From an uncultured Gemmatimonadales bacterium (lineage in GTDB: Bacteria > Gemmatimonadota > Gemmatimonadetes > Gemmatimonadales > Gemmatimonadaceae), in contig CAWBZV010000012.1 of assembly GCA_963793305.1 (NCBI GenBank), positions 160,001-224,000 on the forward strand: a stretch of 64,000 nucleotides of DNA. Reading direction: 5' to 3'. Shown here one piece after another: positions 19,831 through 30,727 of the stretch. The position numbers and the translations under genes were made by a program. The notes below the pieces were generated by a model. The model was not told the DNA's origin. It did no database searches and saw only the letters and a program-made list of their open reading frames with translations. The stretch's first letter is position 1, and the number at the start of each line of letters is the position of its first letter.

Positions 19831-20255
19831 GGTTCGACATCGTCGTACATCGCCGCGAGTCGCCGCTTGAGCGCGGCGTATTCGGCGGCCACCGAAGGGT
19901 TCGCTCGCAGATAATCGCGAAACCGTAGGTGCTCGATGAGCGGCGCCGCATCGGGTGCGCACACGTACAAGTGATGTCGCGGGTCGCCAGCGAGCGATTG
20001 CATCGCCTCGCGACCGGGTATCCCCTTGTCGCCCTCGTGACGATAGCCGAGCGTCTCGAGCGCATGGATCGCGGAGGGGACATCATGCGCCACCACGTCC
20101 ATGTCGATCACCGGCTTGGCGGCGAGGCCAGGGACTGACGTTGACCCGACGTGCTCGATCCCCCCGGCGAACGGCGCGACGAGCGGCCACGCGCGGTCGC
20201 GTAGAAGCGCGAACGTGCGTGGCCACGCCGGGTCGTAGTCGGTGACGACGATCAA
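19776..20255 (-). CDS. GrpB/UPF0157 nucleotidyltransferase-like protein
   Basis: YDPAWP, IEHVGSTSVPGLAAKPVIDMD, FRDYLR; TTG start overlapping the dodecin stop. Confidence 0.88.
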   Translation of the reverse strand: MIVVTDYDPAWPRTFALLRDRAWPLVAPFAGGIEHVGSTSVPGLAAKPVIDMDVVAHDVPSAIHALETLGYRHEGDKGIPGREAMQSLAGDPRHHLYVCAPDAAPLIEHLRFRDYLRANPSVAAEYAALKRRLAAMYDDVEPYAVAKTDFVRACLAAAK

Positions 20256-20467
20256 TCGCCTTTTTCGTACTTGAACGAGAGCCGCACTTTCGCGCGATAG
20301 CTCTCGATCTTCCCGTCCTTGAGATGAATGTCGAGCTCCGACACCTCGGCCACGCGGAGATCGCGCAGCGTCTCGCTTGCGCGTTCGATGGCGGCTTTCG
20401 CGGCCTTCTCCCATGATTCCGTCGACGTGCCGATCAGTTCGATGACCTTGTAGACGCTCTCCGGCAT
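20252..20467 (-). CDS. Dodecin family flavin-binding protein
   Basis: SVYKVIELIGTSTESWE...YRAKVRLSFK; GGAGG RBS. Confidence 0.92.
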   Translation of the reverse strand: MPESVYKVIELIGTSTESWEKAAKAAIERASETLRDLRVAEVSELDIHLKDGKIESYRAKVRLSFKYEKGD

Positions 20468-20484
20468 ACGTGCTCCTCCTCTGG

Positions 20485-21102
20485 TTATAAGTCCCAAGAC
20501 GCGACAGCCTGCGCGAGCTCGCGCATTACTTCGTTATCGGTCCGACCCGAGCGCTTGAGCACGTGGAATCCGTGGTCGGCGCCGTCGATCACATGGAGTG
20601 TCGCCCGGGAACCGAGCGACTCGCCAATCGGCCGCAGCAGCTCCAGCGGAGCGAACTCGTCGCGCGTGCCCTGGAGAAACAGCATTGGCACACTGACTTT
20701 CGCTAGATGGTCGGCACGTGAAGTGCCAGGGCGGTTCGGGGGGTGTAACGGGAACCCGAAAAACACGATCCCTTTTATTCCTAAGAGGACGCCTTCCGCG
20801 GCGGCCTGCGACGTCATCCGTCCGCCAAAGGACTTCCCGCCGGCCAACAATGGCAGCTCCGGCGCGGCCTGCCGCGCGACCTCAGCAGCCGCGGCCACGC
20901 GCTCGTGCAGCACGGGCGGTGCATCCTGCCGGCTTTTGCGCTGCTCCATGTACGGGAATTCGTAGCGCAGTGTCGCGACACCGACACTCGCCAGCTCAGC
21001 GGCGAGCTTCTCCATAAAGGGATGTCGCATCCCCGCCCCCGCGCCGTGCGCGAGCGTCAACATCCGGTGCGCGTTCGGCGGCCGCACGAGGAGCGTCTCC
21101 AT
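20485..21102 (-). CDS. Alpha/beta hydrolase (Tex30/KANL3-like)
   Basis: AHGAGAGM, GGKSFGGR, FPLHPP, QGTRD, GADHGF. Confidence 0.88.
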   Translation of the reverse strand: METLLVRPPNAHRMLTLAHGAGAGMRHPFMEKLAAELASVGVATLRYEFPYMEQRKSRQDAPPVLHERVAAAAEVARQAAPELPLLAGGKSFGGRMTSQAAAEGVLLGIKGIVFFGFPLHPPNRPGTSRADHLAKVSVPMLFLQGTRDEFAPLELLRPIGESLGSRATLHVIDGADHGFHVLKRSGRTDNEVMRELAQAVASWDL

Positions 21103-21119
21103 GGCAGGAGACTAGTACG

Positions 21120-23441
21120 CTAGTTCCCCGCGTGAAACAAGTACGTCGCCTTGACGAAGAATCCGTCCGCCGTGCGGTGGAGCCCCGTGAAGTTGAACGA
21201 ATATGGTTCGGTATACCCACTGCCGTACCCGACGAAGAACACCGTGCCCGGCGTTGGCTGGTAGGAGAAGAGCCAACTTCCGCTGACCACGTTCGAGGTC
21301 GACTTGAGCTGCGGCTCATAGACACCGGCCGAATTCTTGATCAACAGCGGATCGTTCGTCCGGCCATCATCTCGCAAAGCGTCTACCCACGATGCCTCAT
21401 ACTGACCGATAAATCGTACAAAAATGGGCCGTGAGATCTGATACGCCGCCTCGATGTACGGCACGCGCTGTACGGCGACTTGCGTGTTGTCAGATCGCCG
21501 GACGAACTGCAGTTGCGAGTAGATGAGCGAAATGCGGCCCTGGGCGGTCGGCCGCCAGTCTATCGTTGAGTTGACCACGAAGATCCAGGCGGACGACCAT
21601 TCGTAGAAATTGTCGTCGTATCCCGTGACGGTCAGGACGGATGCATCGAAATGGGACCATCGGGGTGTCGTAAATCCCGTGACGATGTCGAGGTTTGGGA
21701 TGTGCGGGGTCCCGACGAATGGCACCGTGTCGATGCCGATTGGGGTCCGTTTGGCCACGTAGTAATTCGCGTAGAGCGCGGGATCGTATCCGAAATCCTC
21801 GACGAATGCGTTGGCCTGGAATGTCCAACCACCGTGCAACGTGACGCTGTTGCTGAAGTGCCACTTGATGTCTTCGGCCCGGTGCCCGCGCAGGAATTGC
21901 GGATACTCCCACACTTGAATCGGCGAAAAGTCGAACGTGTAGCTCTGGACGAGCGCCTTCGGCTTCCCATAGAACGTGAGCGCATTGTCGAGCGTGCTCG
22001 ACACGATCCCCGTGCGGGCAATAAACCCGCTCTCATCGACGAAGCTCGAGTCGATGCCCGACAGCTCGTAGCGGAGCGACCAGTGCCGGCCGTTGCGCTC
22101 GAAGAGCCCGTCCCAGAGCGGCGCGACGGCGTGAATGCTGTCGGACCGCGTGCTGCTCACGACGCCCTGGAGTCGGATATCGTAGATTTTGCCGAACACG
22201 ATACGCGTGTCGGCGCCCACCACGTGATTGTACCACGGGCCGTCCTCGCGGTCGGTCGCGATGAGGCCCACCGTCGAGCCACCGCCCAGATTGTGCTTGA
22301 CGCGCAAGATGTCGAATACGGGATTGTCCTTGCCGTTCGCCGACTCGTTCCCGGCATCGACCGACGACAGGAATCCAATGCTCGAGCCGGCGACCTCGCC
22401 GGTGAGCTTGACCGCCTCATCCGGCTGAATGATCGAGCGCGTGTACACAAGCGTGTTCGGCGTATCGAACTGTTCCAGACCGTCAAAGAAGAATGGCCGC
22501 TTCTCGGGGTACGACAGCGCCACGCGCGGATCGAACTGCAACTGCGGCACGTCAGATTCGATCTGCGAAAAATCGGGCTTGATCGTCCCGTTGAGCGTCA
22601 GGTTGTCCGTCACACCCCAACGCACGTTGCCGCCGGGCGACAAGGGCTCAACGCTATACTTCCAACCCGTCGGTGTCGGGTTGCCGTTGATGTGCGAGGT
22701 CAGCTCGGGGTTGAGATCGAGCACGAGCCCCCGGGTGATGCCCGTGAGGCCCTCCAGCGTGCCGAACTGCCCGATAAGGGACGTATTCGCGAGCCGGGCC
22801 GGCGCCCAGGTGTCTTGATCGCCAGAGTGCTGCACCTGCCGCACGATATTGATGCCCCAGCGCTGCTGGCTGCCCGAGCTGAAGCTGACGCTCGCGAATG
22901 GAATGCGCACCGTGACTTCGTATCCGAATGGCGTGACGTGCCCCTTCGACTGATACGTGTAATCGGTGCTCAGATTGACCGTATCGCGATTCGTTACGGC
23001 GGCGGCGCCGGTCGAGGCCAGGCTGTGAATGCCCTCGCTCAGGATGCCGTCGGCCTGAATGCCAAGCGGATTGACCCCGAATACGTACGCGCGGTGGTGA
23101 TCGTGCGACGTGTCCAGAAAGATCTGGACATAGTCATCGGCCGTGATCTTGTCACGATCGGCCAGCGTCGCGTGCACCGCGCCATGGGCCTCGTACGCGC
23201 GAATGCCGAAGTACAACGCATCGCGCGTGTACATGACGAGGACCACGGTCGAATCCGCCGCGGGAACCCCGTCAACTGGGAGATATTGCGAGAAGCCACG
23301 AAGGCGCGCCGCGCGATCCCACGGCGGTGCGTCGAGAGACGCCTCGAGTGGAACCGCAACCTCGACTCGTGGCGCGTGCACGGCCAGCTGGCCCGCGCGG
23401 CCATCGTAGATCTGCAGGAGAAATAAAAGTGGCGCGATCAT
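21120..23441 (-). CDS. CBM9-like + DUF5916 outer-membrane protein
   Basis: FGVNPLGIQAD, PDFSQIESD, PEKRPFF, C-terminal FFVKATYLF beta-signal. Confidence 0.85.
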   Translation of the reverse strand: MIAPLLFLLQIYDGRAGQLAVHAPRVEVAVPLEASLDAPPWDRAARLRGFSQYLPVDGVPAADSTVVLVMYTRDALYFGIRAYEAHGAVHATLADRDKITADDYVQIFLDTSHDHHRAYVFGVNPLGIQADGILSEGIHSLASTGAAAVTNRDTVNLSTDYTYQSKGHVTPFGYEVTVRIPFASVSFSSGSQQRWGINIVRQVQHSGDQDTWAPARLANTSLIGQFGTLEGLTGITRGLVLDLNPELTSHINGNPTPTGWKYSVEPLSPGGNVRWGVTDNLTLNGTIKPDFSQIESDVPQLQFDPRVALSYPEKRPFFFDGLEQFDTPNTLVYTRSIIQPDEAVKLTGEVAGSSIGFLSSVDAGNESANGKDNPVFDILRVKHNLGGGSTVGLIATDREDGPWYNHVVGADTRIVFGKIYDIRLQGVVSSTRSDSIHAVAPLWDGLFERNGRHWSLRYELSGIDSSFVDESGFIARTGIVSSTLDNALTFYGKPKALVQSYTFDFSPIQVWEYPQFLRGHRAEDIKWHFSNSVTLHGGWTFQANAFVEDFGYDPALYANYYVAKRTPIGIDTVPFVGTPHIPNLDIVTGFTTPRWSHFDASVLTVTGYDDNFYEWSSAWIFVVNSTIDWRPTAQGRISLIYSQLQFVRRSDNTQVAVQRVPYIEAAYQISRPIFVRFIGQYEASWVDALRDDGRTNDPLLIKNSAGVYEPQLKSTSNVVSGSWLFSYQPTPGTVFFVGYGSGYTEPYSFNFTGLHRTADGFFVKATYLFHAGN

Positions 23442-23508
23442 GCTCGGGGAACGGATACCGGGCTGATCGATGTCCTACAAGCGCCACTTTGTGGCCAAAT
23501 CTAGCTGT

Positions 23509-23958
23509 TTAGGAACACCACCACTTGGCCGCTTCTGCCGCATAGCCGACGCGCGGCAACACCTGCGCGGCCACAAGAGCGATCCCCCAGAGGACCATCA
23601 CCATCGCCACGCCATGCCCACGCACCATGCGATGCTGCCAGGTCCACGCCACTGTCCACAGGCCGCCGACGACGATGAGCACCTCGGCGAACATGTAGGT
23701 AAACAGGCCGAACCCACAGGCATGTCCATACGGCCAGAAGTTGATGGCCATCGCCAGCGCGAACACGAGCACAAATCGGCCGCCCGTGCCGACGATCATC
23801 GCCGTGCGTTCTTGCCGTTCCAGCGTCCGCTCGAGCGTGCGGCGCTCGCTCGCGCGCCGAGCCTTGAGCTGGGCGGGGGACGGGACAGGGGGGAGGGGAG
23901 GAAGGCCGTCAAAGGCCCGTTCGATCCTTCTCAGCTCACTCGTCCAATTGATCGCCAT
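23509..23958 (-). CDS. Hypothetical membrane protein
   Basis: GGAGAGG RBS; IER.FDGLPP N-terminus, three TM segments. Confidence 0.7.
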   Translation of the reverse strand: MAINWTSELRRIERAFDGLPPLPPVPSPAQLKARRASERRTLERTLERQERTAMIVGTGGRFVLVFALAMAINFWPYGHACGFGLFTYMFAEVLIVVGGLWTVAWTWQHRMVRGHGVAMVMVLWGIALVAAQVLPRVGYAAEAAKWWCS

Positions 23959-24016
23959 TTACCTCTCCATGCGCATGCAAATACTGACGATCGGAGCGCG
24001 GGCGAGGTCGCGCGAT

Positions 24017-25994
24017 CTAGTGCTGATCGGACATCATGACTGCGACGCCATAGCGCTCCAAATGGACGCCGTTCGTCTGACGCTTTTCGAACACCGACCA
24101 CATTGACCGAGGCAAAGTGACCTCACGCGGGTGCGATGCGAAATTGATCAGCACGAAAACCTGCTTGCCATCTGCTCCCACGCGCCTCGTGACCTCAACG
24201 CTGTCTGGCACGGGGCCGAAGACCGGCTGAACGTGACTCACGCGCGCCATCCACTTGGCCGCGGTGTCAAGAGTGCTCGCATCGAGCACCGTTCCTATAT
24301 ACGTAATGCGGCCGTTACCATATTTGTGAGTCACCATCGCTGGCTGCCCATCGAGCCATCCGTTCGCGCGGCCATATCGCAACAGCGCCTGGCCCCCGGA
24401 CAAGTACTCGGCCCATACGCTCGCCTTTCCAGAGGGCCGCAAGGGAATCTCGTGCTCGAGGGCATAGTACTGCTCGACCCTCGCGCCCAGGGCTTCGCCG
24501 AGCAATCCGGGTTGCCGCTCCGGTCGCAACGCATTGTACTCATCCTTGAGCCCCGACCTAGGGCCCAGCACGAGATGGCCGCCGCCGCGCACATAGTCCA
24601 TCAGATGCCGCGCGAGCTTGTCCGGGATCACGTTGAGGCTTGGCGCCATGACGAGCTTGTACTCGTCGAGCGGCGCGTACGGGCTCACGACATCCACCGA
24701 CTGCGCCATGTGCCCGAGCACCCGATAATAGTCACGCGCGACCAGGAGCGTGTTCCACTTCTCCGTGTGCTTCTGCCACTCGATCGCCCAGCGACTCTCG
24801 TAATCGTTGAGCATCGCCACAGGCGACACCACGCGCGTGTCACGAAACGCGTCCGACGCATCGGCAAATTCTTTCGCGGTCCGCGCAACCTCGGCCAGCA
24901 ACGGCACGGGCTCCCCATCCGGCCCGACGAGCGTTCCGTGAATCTCTTCCTGGCCATTGAGCGCGCTGCGCCACTGCCAGTACGAGACTTCGTCCGCGCC
25001 GTGTCCGACGGCATGCCAGGCCATCGCGCGGACTTCACCCTTGTCCAGTGAGTTATTGAGGTTCGACCAGTTGACGCTTCCTGGCTGTGTTTCGATCTCC
25101 CAGAAGTTCTGACGCAAGAGGCCACGCATGGCATCGTGACTCAGGCCATTGGTGATGGGATCCGAGATGACCCGAGCCGACATAATCATCCCATGCGACG
25201 AGCGTCAGCGGCTTGCTCACCACATAGTGATCGAACGCATCGAACCCCAGCCCCATGAAATTCCCCGTAACGAACTGCCGCGGATCCGCATGCGCGCGAA
25301 TCACGTCAACCTGATTGGTCTCATAGTCCCGCCAGGTCGTCGTGACGAACCGCTTCCAGTCGAGCATGAGCCCGGGGTTGTGCTCGCCGATGGGTATGGG
25401 GATCTCGTCCCATCGATCGTACGTCTGGCTCCAGTACGCGGTAGCCCAATGAGTATTCAACGAGTCGATGCTACTGTACTTGCTGTGTAACCAGTCTTGA
25501 AATAATCGTCGTGTCAGGCTGTCGTACGACATGAGCCCATAGCCGAACTCATTGTCGATCTGCCACCCGACGACATCGGGATCATGCCCAAATCGCTCGG
25601 CCATCACTTCGGCGATTCGCCGACACAACTCCCGATATTTCGGCGAGCTCGACGACCCGTGCGCGCGATTCCCGTGCGTCGCGCGGATGCCGCTTTCGTC
25701 GACGCGCAGCACCTCGGGATACTTCGCCGTCAACCACGCCGGCGGCGCGGCCGAGGGCGTGCCGAGCACGACGGCGATATGGTGCTTCTCCAAGACCCGA
25801 ATCGCGCGGTCCAGCCAATCGAGCTCGAACTTCCCCTCGGTCGGCTCGATGGCGCTCCACGCGAACTCGCCGATCCGCGTCACGTTCAGGTGCGCGTTTT
25901 CCATCATCCGCGCGTCGGTCTCCCAGCGCACCTCCGGCCATTGCTCCGGGTACCAGTCGGCACCCATCAGCAACGCCGGCTGCATCAAGAGCAT
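24017..25994 (-). CDS. GH42 beta-galactosidase (one +1 frameshift at ~25162)
   Basis: WYPEQW, RIGEFAWS, WQIDNE (ORF 25053-26411) continuing into ETQPGSVNW, YWQWR and the trimerisation domain (ORF 24017-25189). Confidence 0.9.
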
Positions 25995-26632
25995 ACGACA
26001 CGATGGCGGTCGATCCATGCCGCCCATGGAATGAACAGCCAGAGGACGAGCGCGCTCCAGGCCAACATCGAGACGCTCGGGGGCGGCCCGGAGCCGCCCA
26101 TCGCATACAACGCCACTTGGACCGCGACGAGCGACCAGAGTCCCCACCGGCCAATGGCATCCTTCGACTTCGTCGTCCGGAGGTACACGATCAGTCCGCC
26201 ACCGTAGACGATCGCCTCGAGCGCCCACGTGAGCGGCACGGAGTTCCATGCGCCGAGGCCGACGCGCGGACCGCCCGGGTAGAGCGGTAAATCGGGCCGG
26301 TGCACGAGAACATCGAGCACCCAATGGCTCAGCACTAACGCGCCGACGACCCATGCCCCGCGCGGCCGGCGCCGCAGCAAGAAGTAGGCGACACCAATGA
26401 TCACGCTCCAACCGACCGCGGCCAGAAGGCTATGCGAGATCGGATAGCTGACGAAGTCGAGGTCAGACGCCGCCATCAATCCCGGTGTGATCTTGACGTG
26501 CTCGACGCCGAGCAGAAGGAGAATGGGCCAGAGCTCATCGAGCCACTGGGCCGCGAAGGTGAGCGTGCCGAGGGAGGTCTCGGGGCTCGCGCGTTTGGCG
26601 GCGAACGCCAGGCCGTAGTGTCCGAGAAACAC
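25985..26632 (-). CDS. Membrane-bound metal-dependent hydrolase-like protein
   Basis: FLGHY, YPISHSL, SHWVLD..VHRPDLP; multiple TMs. Confidence 0.8.
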   Translation of the reverse strand: MFLGHYGLAFAAKRASPETSLGTLTFAAQWLDELWPILLLLGVEHVKITPGLMAASDLDFVSYPISHSLLAAVGWSVIIGVAYFLLRRRPRGAWVVGALVLSHWVLDVLVHRPDLPLYPGGPRVGLGAWNSVPLTWALEAIVYGGGLIVYLRTTKSKDAIGRWGLWSLVAVQVALYAMGGSGPPPSVSMLAWSALVLWLFIPWAAWIDRHRVVCS

Positions 26633-26652
26633 GCCGGACAATATACTCCCGC

Positions 26653-27336
26653 ATGCCCGACGAACGCCCAGCATTTCTCTTCGATCTCGATGGCACGCTG
26701 GTCGATAGCGTGTACCAACACGTGCTCGCTTGGCAGGAAGCACTCGCCGCTGGCGGCATTGAGCTCGATATCTGGCGTGTGCATCGCCGCATTGGCATGA
26801 GCGGAGGCCTGCTCACGAACGAGCTGCTGCGCGAAGTAGGCCGCGCGACGGTATCGGCCGACGAGGTCGCGCGACTGCAAAGAGTCCACGCCGAGGCGTT
26901 CGCCCGCCTGTCCCCGCACATTCGTCCGCTCAACGGCGCCCGAGAGCTCCTCGCGCACCTGACGTTGGTCGGAGCGCCCTGGGCGATCGCCACCAGCGGC
27001 CGTGGTGAGGCCGCGCGGCGGACTGTCGCAAGCCTCGGAGTGGCCGACCATGCGCCGCTGATCACACGCGACGACGTGCGCCATGCCAAACCAGACCCTG
27101 ACCTGTTCCTGGCGGCAGCCGAACGCTTGGACGTACCCATTACGTCCTGCATCGTCGTCGGCGACAGCGTCTGGGATCTGCTCGCCGCGCGTCGGGCACG
27201 GGCGCTGGGCGTGGGCGTGCTGTCCGGCGGCTACGGTCGCGATGAGCTGGAGCGCGCCGGCGCGTATCGCGTCTACCAGGATCCGGCCGACCTTCTGTCA
27301 CATTTGGACGAGGTCGGGCTCCGGACGATAGATTGA
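26653..27336 (+). CDS. HAD-superfamily hydrolase
   Basis: FDLDGTLVDS, KPDPD, VGDSVWD. Confidence 0.92.
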   Translation: MPDERPAFLFDLDGTLVDSVYQHVLAWQEALAAGGIELDIWRVHRRIGMSGGLLTNELLREVGRATVSADEVARLQRVHAEAFARLSPHIRPLNGARELLAHLTLVGAPWAIATSGRGEAARRTVASLGVADHAPLITRDDVRHAKPDPDLFLAAAERLDVPITSCIVVGDSVWDLLAARRARALGVGVLSGGYGRDELERAGAYRVYQDPADLLSHLDEVGLRTID

Positions 27337-27341
27337 CGCGC

Positions 27342-28208
27342 ATGATCCGACGCTTCCTGTGCGCCTTGATACTGGCCCAACCGCTTGCCGCGCAGCCCGA
27401 GCTCGTCACCGCGCGCGGTCTCGTGCACGCGGTCCCGGGCGAGCTTCCGACGTTGATCGGGTATCTCATCATCGTCGACGACTCGAATCCGCTCTCCGAC
27501 GCCGTCGAGAACGCGCCGAAGACGATCGTCAAATCACCGGACCCGGTGTTTCAGGTAAGGTACCCCCACAGTTGGATCATGGTCGACGCCGCCATGGATC
27601 GCGAGATGGCGACCGCACCCGGGAACACCGGCGTGTTCCTCGATAACGCGTACACCCGGGCCATCGCGGCTTTGCGTGGCGCCGGGCTCATTGTCATCAC
27701 GCACGAGCATTACGACCACATTGGCACGGTCGCCCACTCGGCCGTTGCCGCCGAGCTCGCGCCGAAGACGATTGTCACGCGCCAGCAACTCGAGACACTG
27801 CTCAACCGGCACCAACTGACTGGCACGCCATTCGACACGGCACTCGCGCATCGCTACATCGTCATCGACTACGACCGCGAGCTCCCGATCGCGCCTGGGG
27901 TCGTGCTGATCAAAGCGCCCGGGCACACGCCGGGGGCCCAAGTCGTCTACGTCAAGCTCGCATCAGGTCGCGAAGTGATTCTCTCGGGCGACGTCGCATG
28001 GCACCGCCTCGGAATTGAGACCGGCAAGGAAAAGCCGGACTCGGCGAGCAAGCAGATGTCCGAGGACCGCGCGGCCATCGCCGGCGAGCTGGCCTGGCTG
28101 CATCAGGCCGAGCAGGCCGGCGTAAGCGTCGTCGTCAGTCACGATGGCGAGCAACTCAAGACGTTCGCCCGCCAGGGGATCCTGACCGAAGGACTAACCG
28201 CTCGATAG
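27342..28208 (+). CDS. Secreted MBL-fold metallo-hydrolase
   Basis: Signal peptide; THEHYDHIG, APGHTPG, SGD, SHD. Confidence 0.85.
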   Translation: MIRRFLCALILAQPLAAQPELVTARGLVHAVPGELPTLIGYLIIVDDSNPLSDAVENAPKTIVKSPDPVFQVRYPHSWIMVDAAMDREMATAPGNTGVFLDNAYTRAIAALRGAGLIVITHEHYDHIGTVAHSAVAAELAPKTIVTRQQLETLLNRHQLTGTPFDTALAHRYIVIDYDRELPIAPGVVLIKAPGHTPGAQVVYVKLASGREVILSGDVAWHRLGIETGKEKPDSASKQMSEDRAAIAGELAWLHQAEQAGVSVVVSHDGEQLKTFARQGILTEGLTAR

Positions 28209-28559
28209 GACGAACTGGTTGCCGTCGGGGTCTTTGAAGACGGCCGAGGTCCCCCAGTTCTCCTTCTTCGGCTCTTTGGCGAAGTCGACGCCCTGCTCGC
28301 GCATCGCTTTCGCGGTCGCGAAGACGTTGTTGCACCAGAACGAGATGGGCTGGAACCCGCCGATGCGATCCTCGAACCCGTCTGGTGTGAACAACACGAG
28401 ACGGGTCTCGGCGCCCGGGATCATGAGCTCGATCCACCGTTGCGTGGCGCTAAAGGGCTGATCGGTCGCGACTTTGAAGCCCAGCTTCTCCGTGAAGAAG
28501 CGCAAGGAAACATCCTGGTCGCGCACAGGGATGCTGACGAATTTGATGCCTCGAATCAT
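28194..28559 (-). CDS. VOC/glyoxalase family protein
   Basis: FFTEKLGF, RWIEL, FKDPDGN. Confidence 0.9.
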   Translation of the reverse strand: MIRGIKFVSIPVRDQDVSLRFFTEKLGFKVATDQPFSATQRWIELMIPGAETRLVLFTPDGFEDRIGGFQPISFWCNNVFATAKAMREQGVDFAKEPKKENWGTSAVFKDPDGNQFVLSSG

Positions 28560-28607
28560 GCGGCCAGCATAGCAAGCGCCCGGAACAGGCGCAATCAGCC
28601 AGCCGAC

Positions 28608-28630
28608 GCTATACTATTGGCTGATATAGC
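28608..28630. promoter_or_regulatory. Inverted repeat / -10 element in divergent promoter
   Basis: GCTATA-N11-TATAGC containing TATACT, abutting ATG 28631. Confidence 0.4.
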
Positions 28631-28918
28631 ATGCCCTCAGTCGACGACTACGTAATCGACGTGTTGATGCGCGACCTCGTCGGCCATGATCGACGGCCGG
28701 TGAGTTTTCTCGTCTATTTGTGGCTCATGGCCGAGCAGCGCCGCCGCCGCGTTCCGGTGCAAGTCAGCTATCAAGAGCTGGCCGAATCGATCGGCGTCTC
28801 GAAGAGCGCAGCGCAAGCGGGCGTGGGGTGGCTCATTCGGCGCAAGTTGCTCGCGGCGACGAAAGACACCACGACGTTTACGCCGCGCTACAACGTACTG
28901 ACACCGTGGAGGCAGTGA
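28631..28918 (+). CDS. Small winged HTH protein
   Basis: SYQELAESIGVSKSAAQAGVGWL HTH; divergent from the VOC gene. Confidence 0.75.
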   Translation: MPSVDDYVIDVLMRDLVGHDRRPVSFLVYLWLMAEQRRRRVPVQVSYQELAESIGVSKSAAQAGVGWLIRRKLLAATKDTTTFTPRYNVLTPWRQ

Positions 28919-30727
28919 TGCGATGTGCGCTTGTCGTGACGATGGCCCTGGCAGGGACAGCAGGAGCTCAATCGCCGTTCACCTGGTCCGAAGTCATGGT
29001 GCCGGTCCGCGACGGCGTGCATCTCCAGACGGTGATCCTCGCACCGGCGAATCAAAGCGGCCCGCTGCCGATCCTGTTCCGCCGAACGCCGTACGGCGTG
29101 CCGGCCAAAGCGCCGGATGCCATGCCCCAGAATCTCAAGGAGCTCGCGCAGGACGGCTACATCTTCGTGATTCAGAATCTGCGCGGCCGGTTCAAGTCGG
29201 AAGGAACGTTCGCGCTGTCCTCGCAGGTCGATCTCGCGGATTCGACGTTGACGAACGAGACGACCGATGCCTACGATAGCATCGAGTGGCTCATTCACCA
29301 CGTGCCGAACACCAACGGCAAGGTCGGCATGTACGGCGTATCGTACGACGGCCTCACGACGGGCCTGGCGCTGTTGCACCCGCACCCGGCGCTCAAAGCC
29401 GTGAGCGAGCAAGCCTCGCCGGTCGATCAGTGGATGAACGACGACGATCATCGCTATGGCGCCTTGCGTGAAAGCTACGACTTCGAGTACGCCGTGCTCG
29501 AGCAGGCGGACAAGAACGCCAACACGCACTTCGCCTTCGAGACGTACGACACGTATGAGTGGTATCTCAAACTCGGCCCATTGTCGAACATCAACGCCCA
29601 ATACTTGCACGGGAAGATTCCGTACTGGAACTCCACGATCGAGCACCCCGATTACGACACGTTCTGGAAGAAGGAAGCGTGGGTGAACCAGCTGCATACA
29701 TCCACCGTCCCCAACCTCAACGTCGCCGGATTCTGGGATCAGGAAGATCCGTGGGGACCCTGGCAGATCTTTCGCCGCGGTGGCGGCCTCATGGTCGCCG
29801 GGCCGTGGTATCACGGTGAGTGGCAAGCGCCGAAGGGCGACAGCATTGGATTGATCGCCGCGGGCGGGCACGAGACATCGCGCGAGTTCCGCGAGAACAT
29901 TGAGGCGCCGTTCTTCCGGTACTATCTCCACGATCAGGGCTCGGCGCCCACGTGGACGGCATCGACGTTCCAGTCCGGCTCGAATACGTGGCGCACGTAT
30001 GATGCGTGGCCGCCGAAGACGTCCAAACCCACCAATCTCTATCTGCTCGCCGATGGCACGCTGAGTTTCGATGCGCCGAAAGTGGTGGGCTCTCGGACCT
30101 ACGTCTCCGACCCGGCGAACCCGGTGCCCTATCGACAGCGGCCGATCTCGCCGACATATCCCGCCGGAGATTGGCGGACATGGGAGGTGGCCGACCAGCG
30201 ATTCGTCGACAACAGGCCGGACGTGCTTACTTACGTCAGCGCCCCGCTGGATCATGACATCACCATTACCGGCCCGGTCGCCGCTGAATTACTCGCATCG
30301 ACGTTCTGGCACCGACGCCGACTTCATCGTCAAGCTGATCGACAAGTACCCGGAGGATTTCCAGCGGCCGGCGTGGGACACGAACGCAGGCCCGAGGCCC
30401 GGCGAGTATGCGCGTTCGATGAACGGCTACGAACTGCCGATCGCCATGGAGATCCGCCGCGGGCGGTATCTGACGGACTACGAGCACCCGCACGCGTTGG
30501 TCGCCGGTCAGGAAACGAAGTGGCCCTTCTCGCTCCGCGACCACGATCACGTTTTCTTAAAAGGCCACCGCATCATGGTGCAGGTGCAATCGACGTGGTT
30601 CCCGGCGATCGACCGGAACCCGCAGAAGTTCGTGCCGAGTATCTACCAGGCCAAGGCTGAGGATTTTGTCAAAGCCACGCAGCGCGTCTACAGCGCTTCA
30701 CACATTATCCTGCCCGTGATACCGTAG
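28918..30727 (+). CDS. CocE/NonD family hydrolase (alpha-amino acid ester hydrolase-like; +1 frameshift at ~30304)
   Basis: RTPYG, RGRFKSEG, GVSYDG nucleophile, GPWYHG; ST(S)GTDADFIVKLID resumes in ORF 30071-30727. Confidence 0.9.

Noticed and set aside
19776..20255. GrpB nucleotidyltransferase-like gene next to DinB as a possible toxin-antitoxin or defence pair
   Set aside because: The genes are convergent, both are common stand-alone families, and there is no defence context
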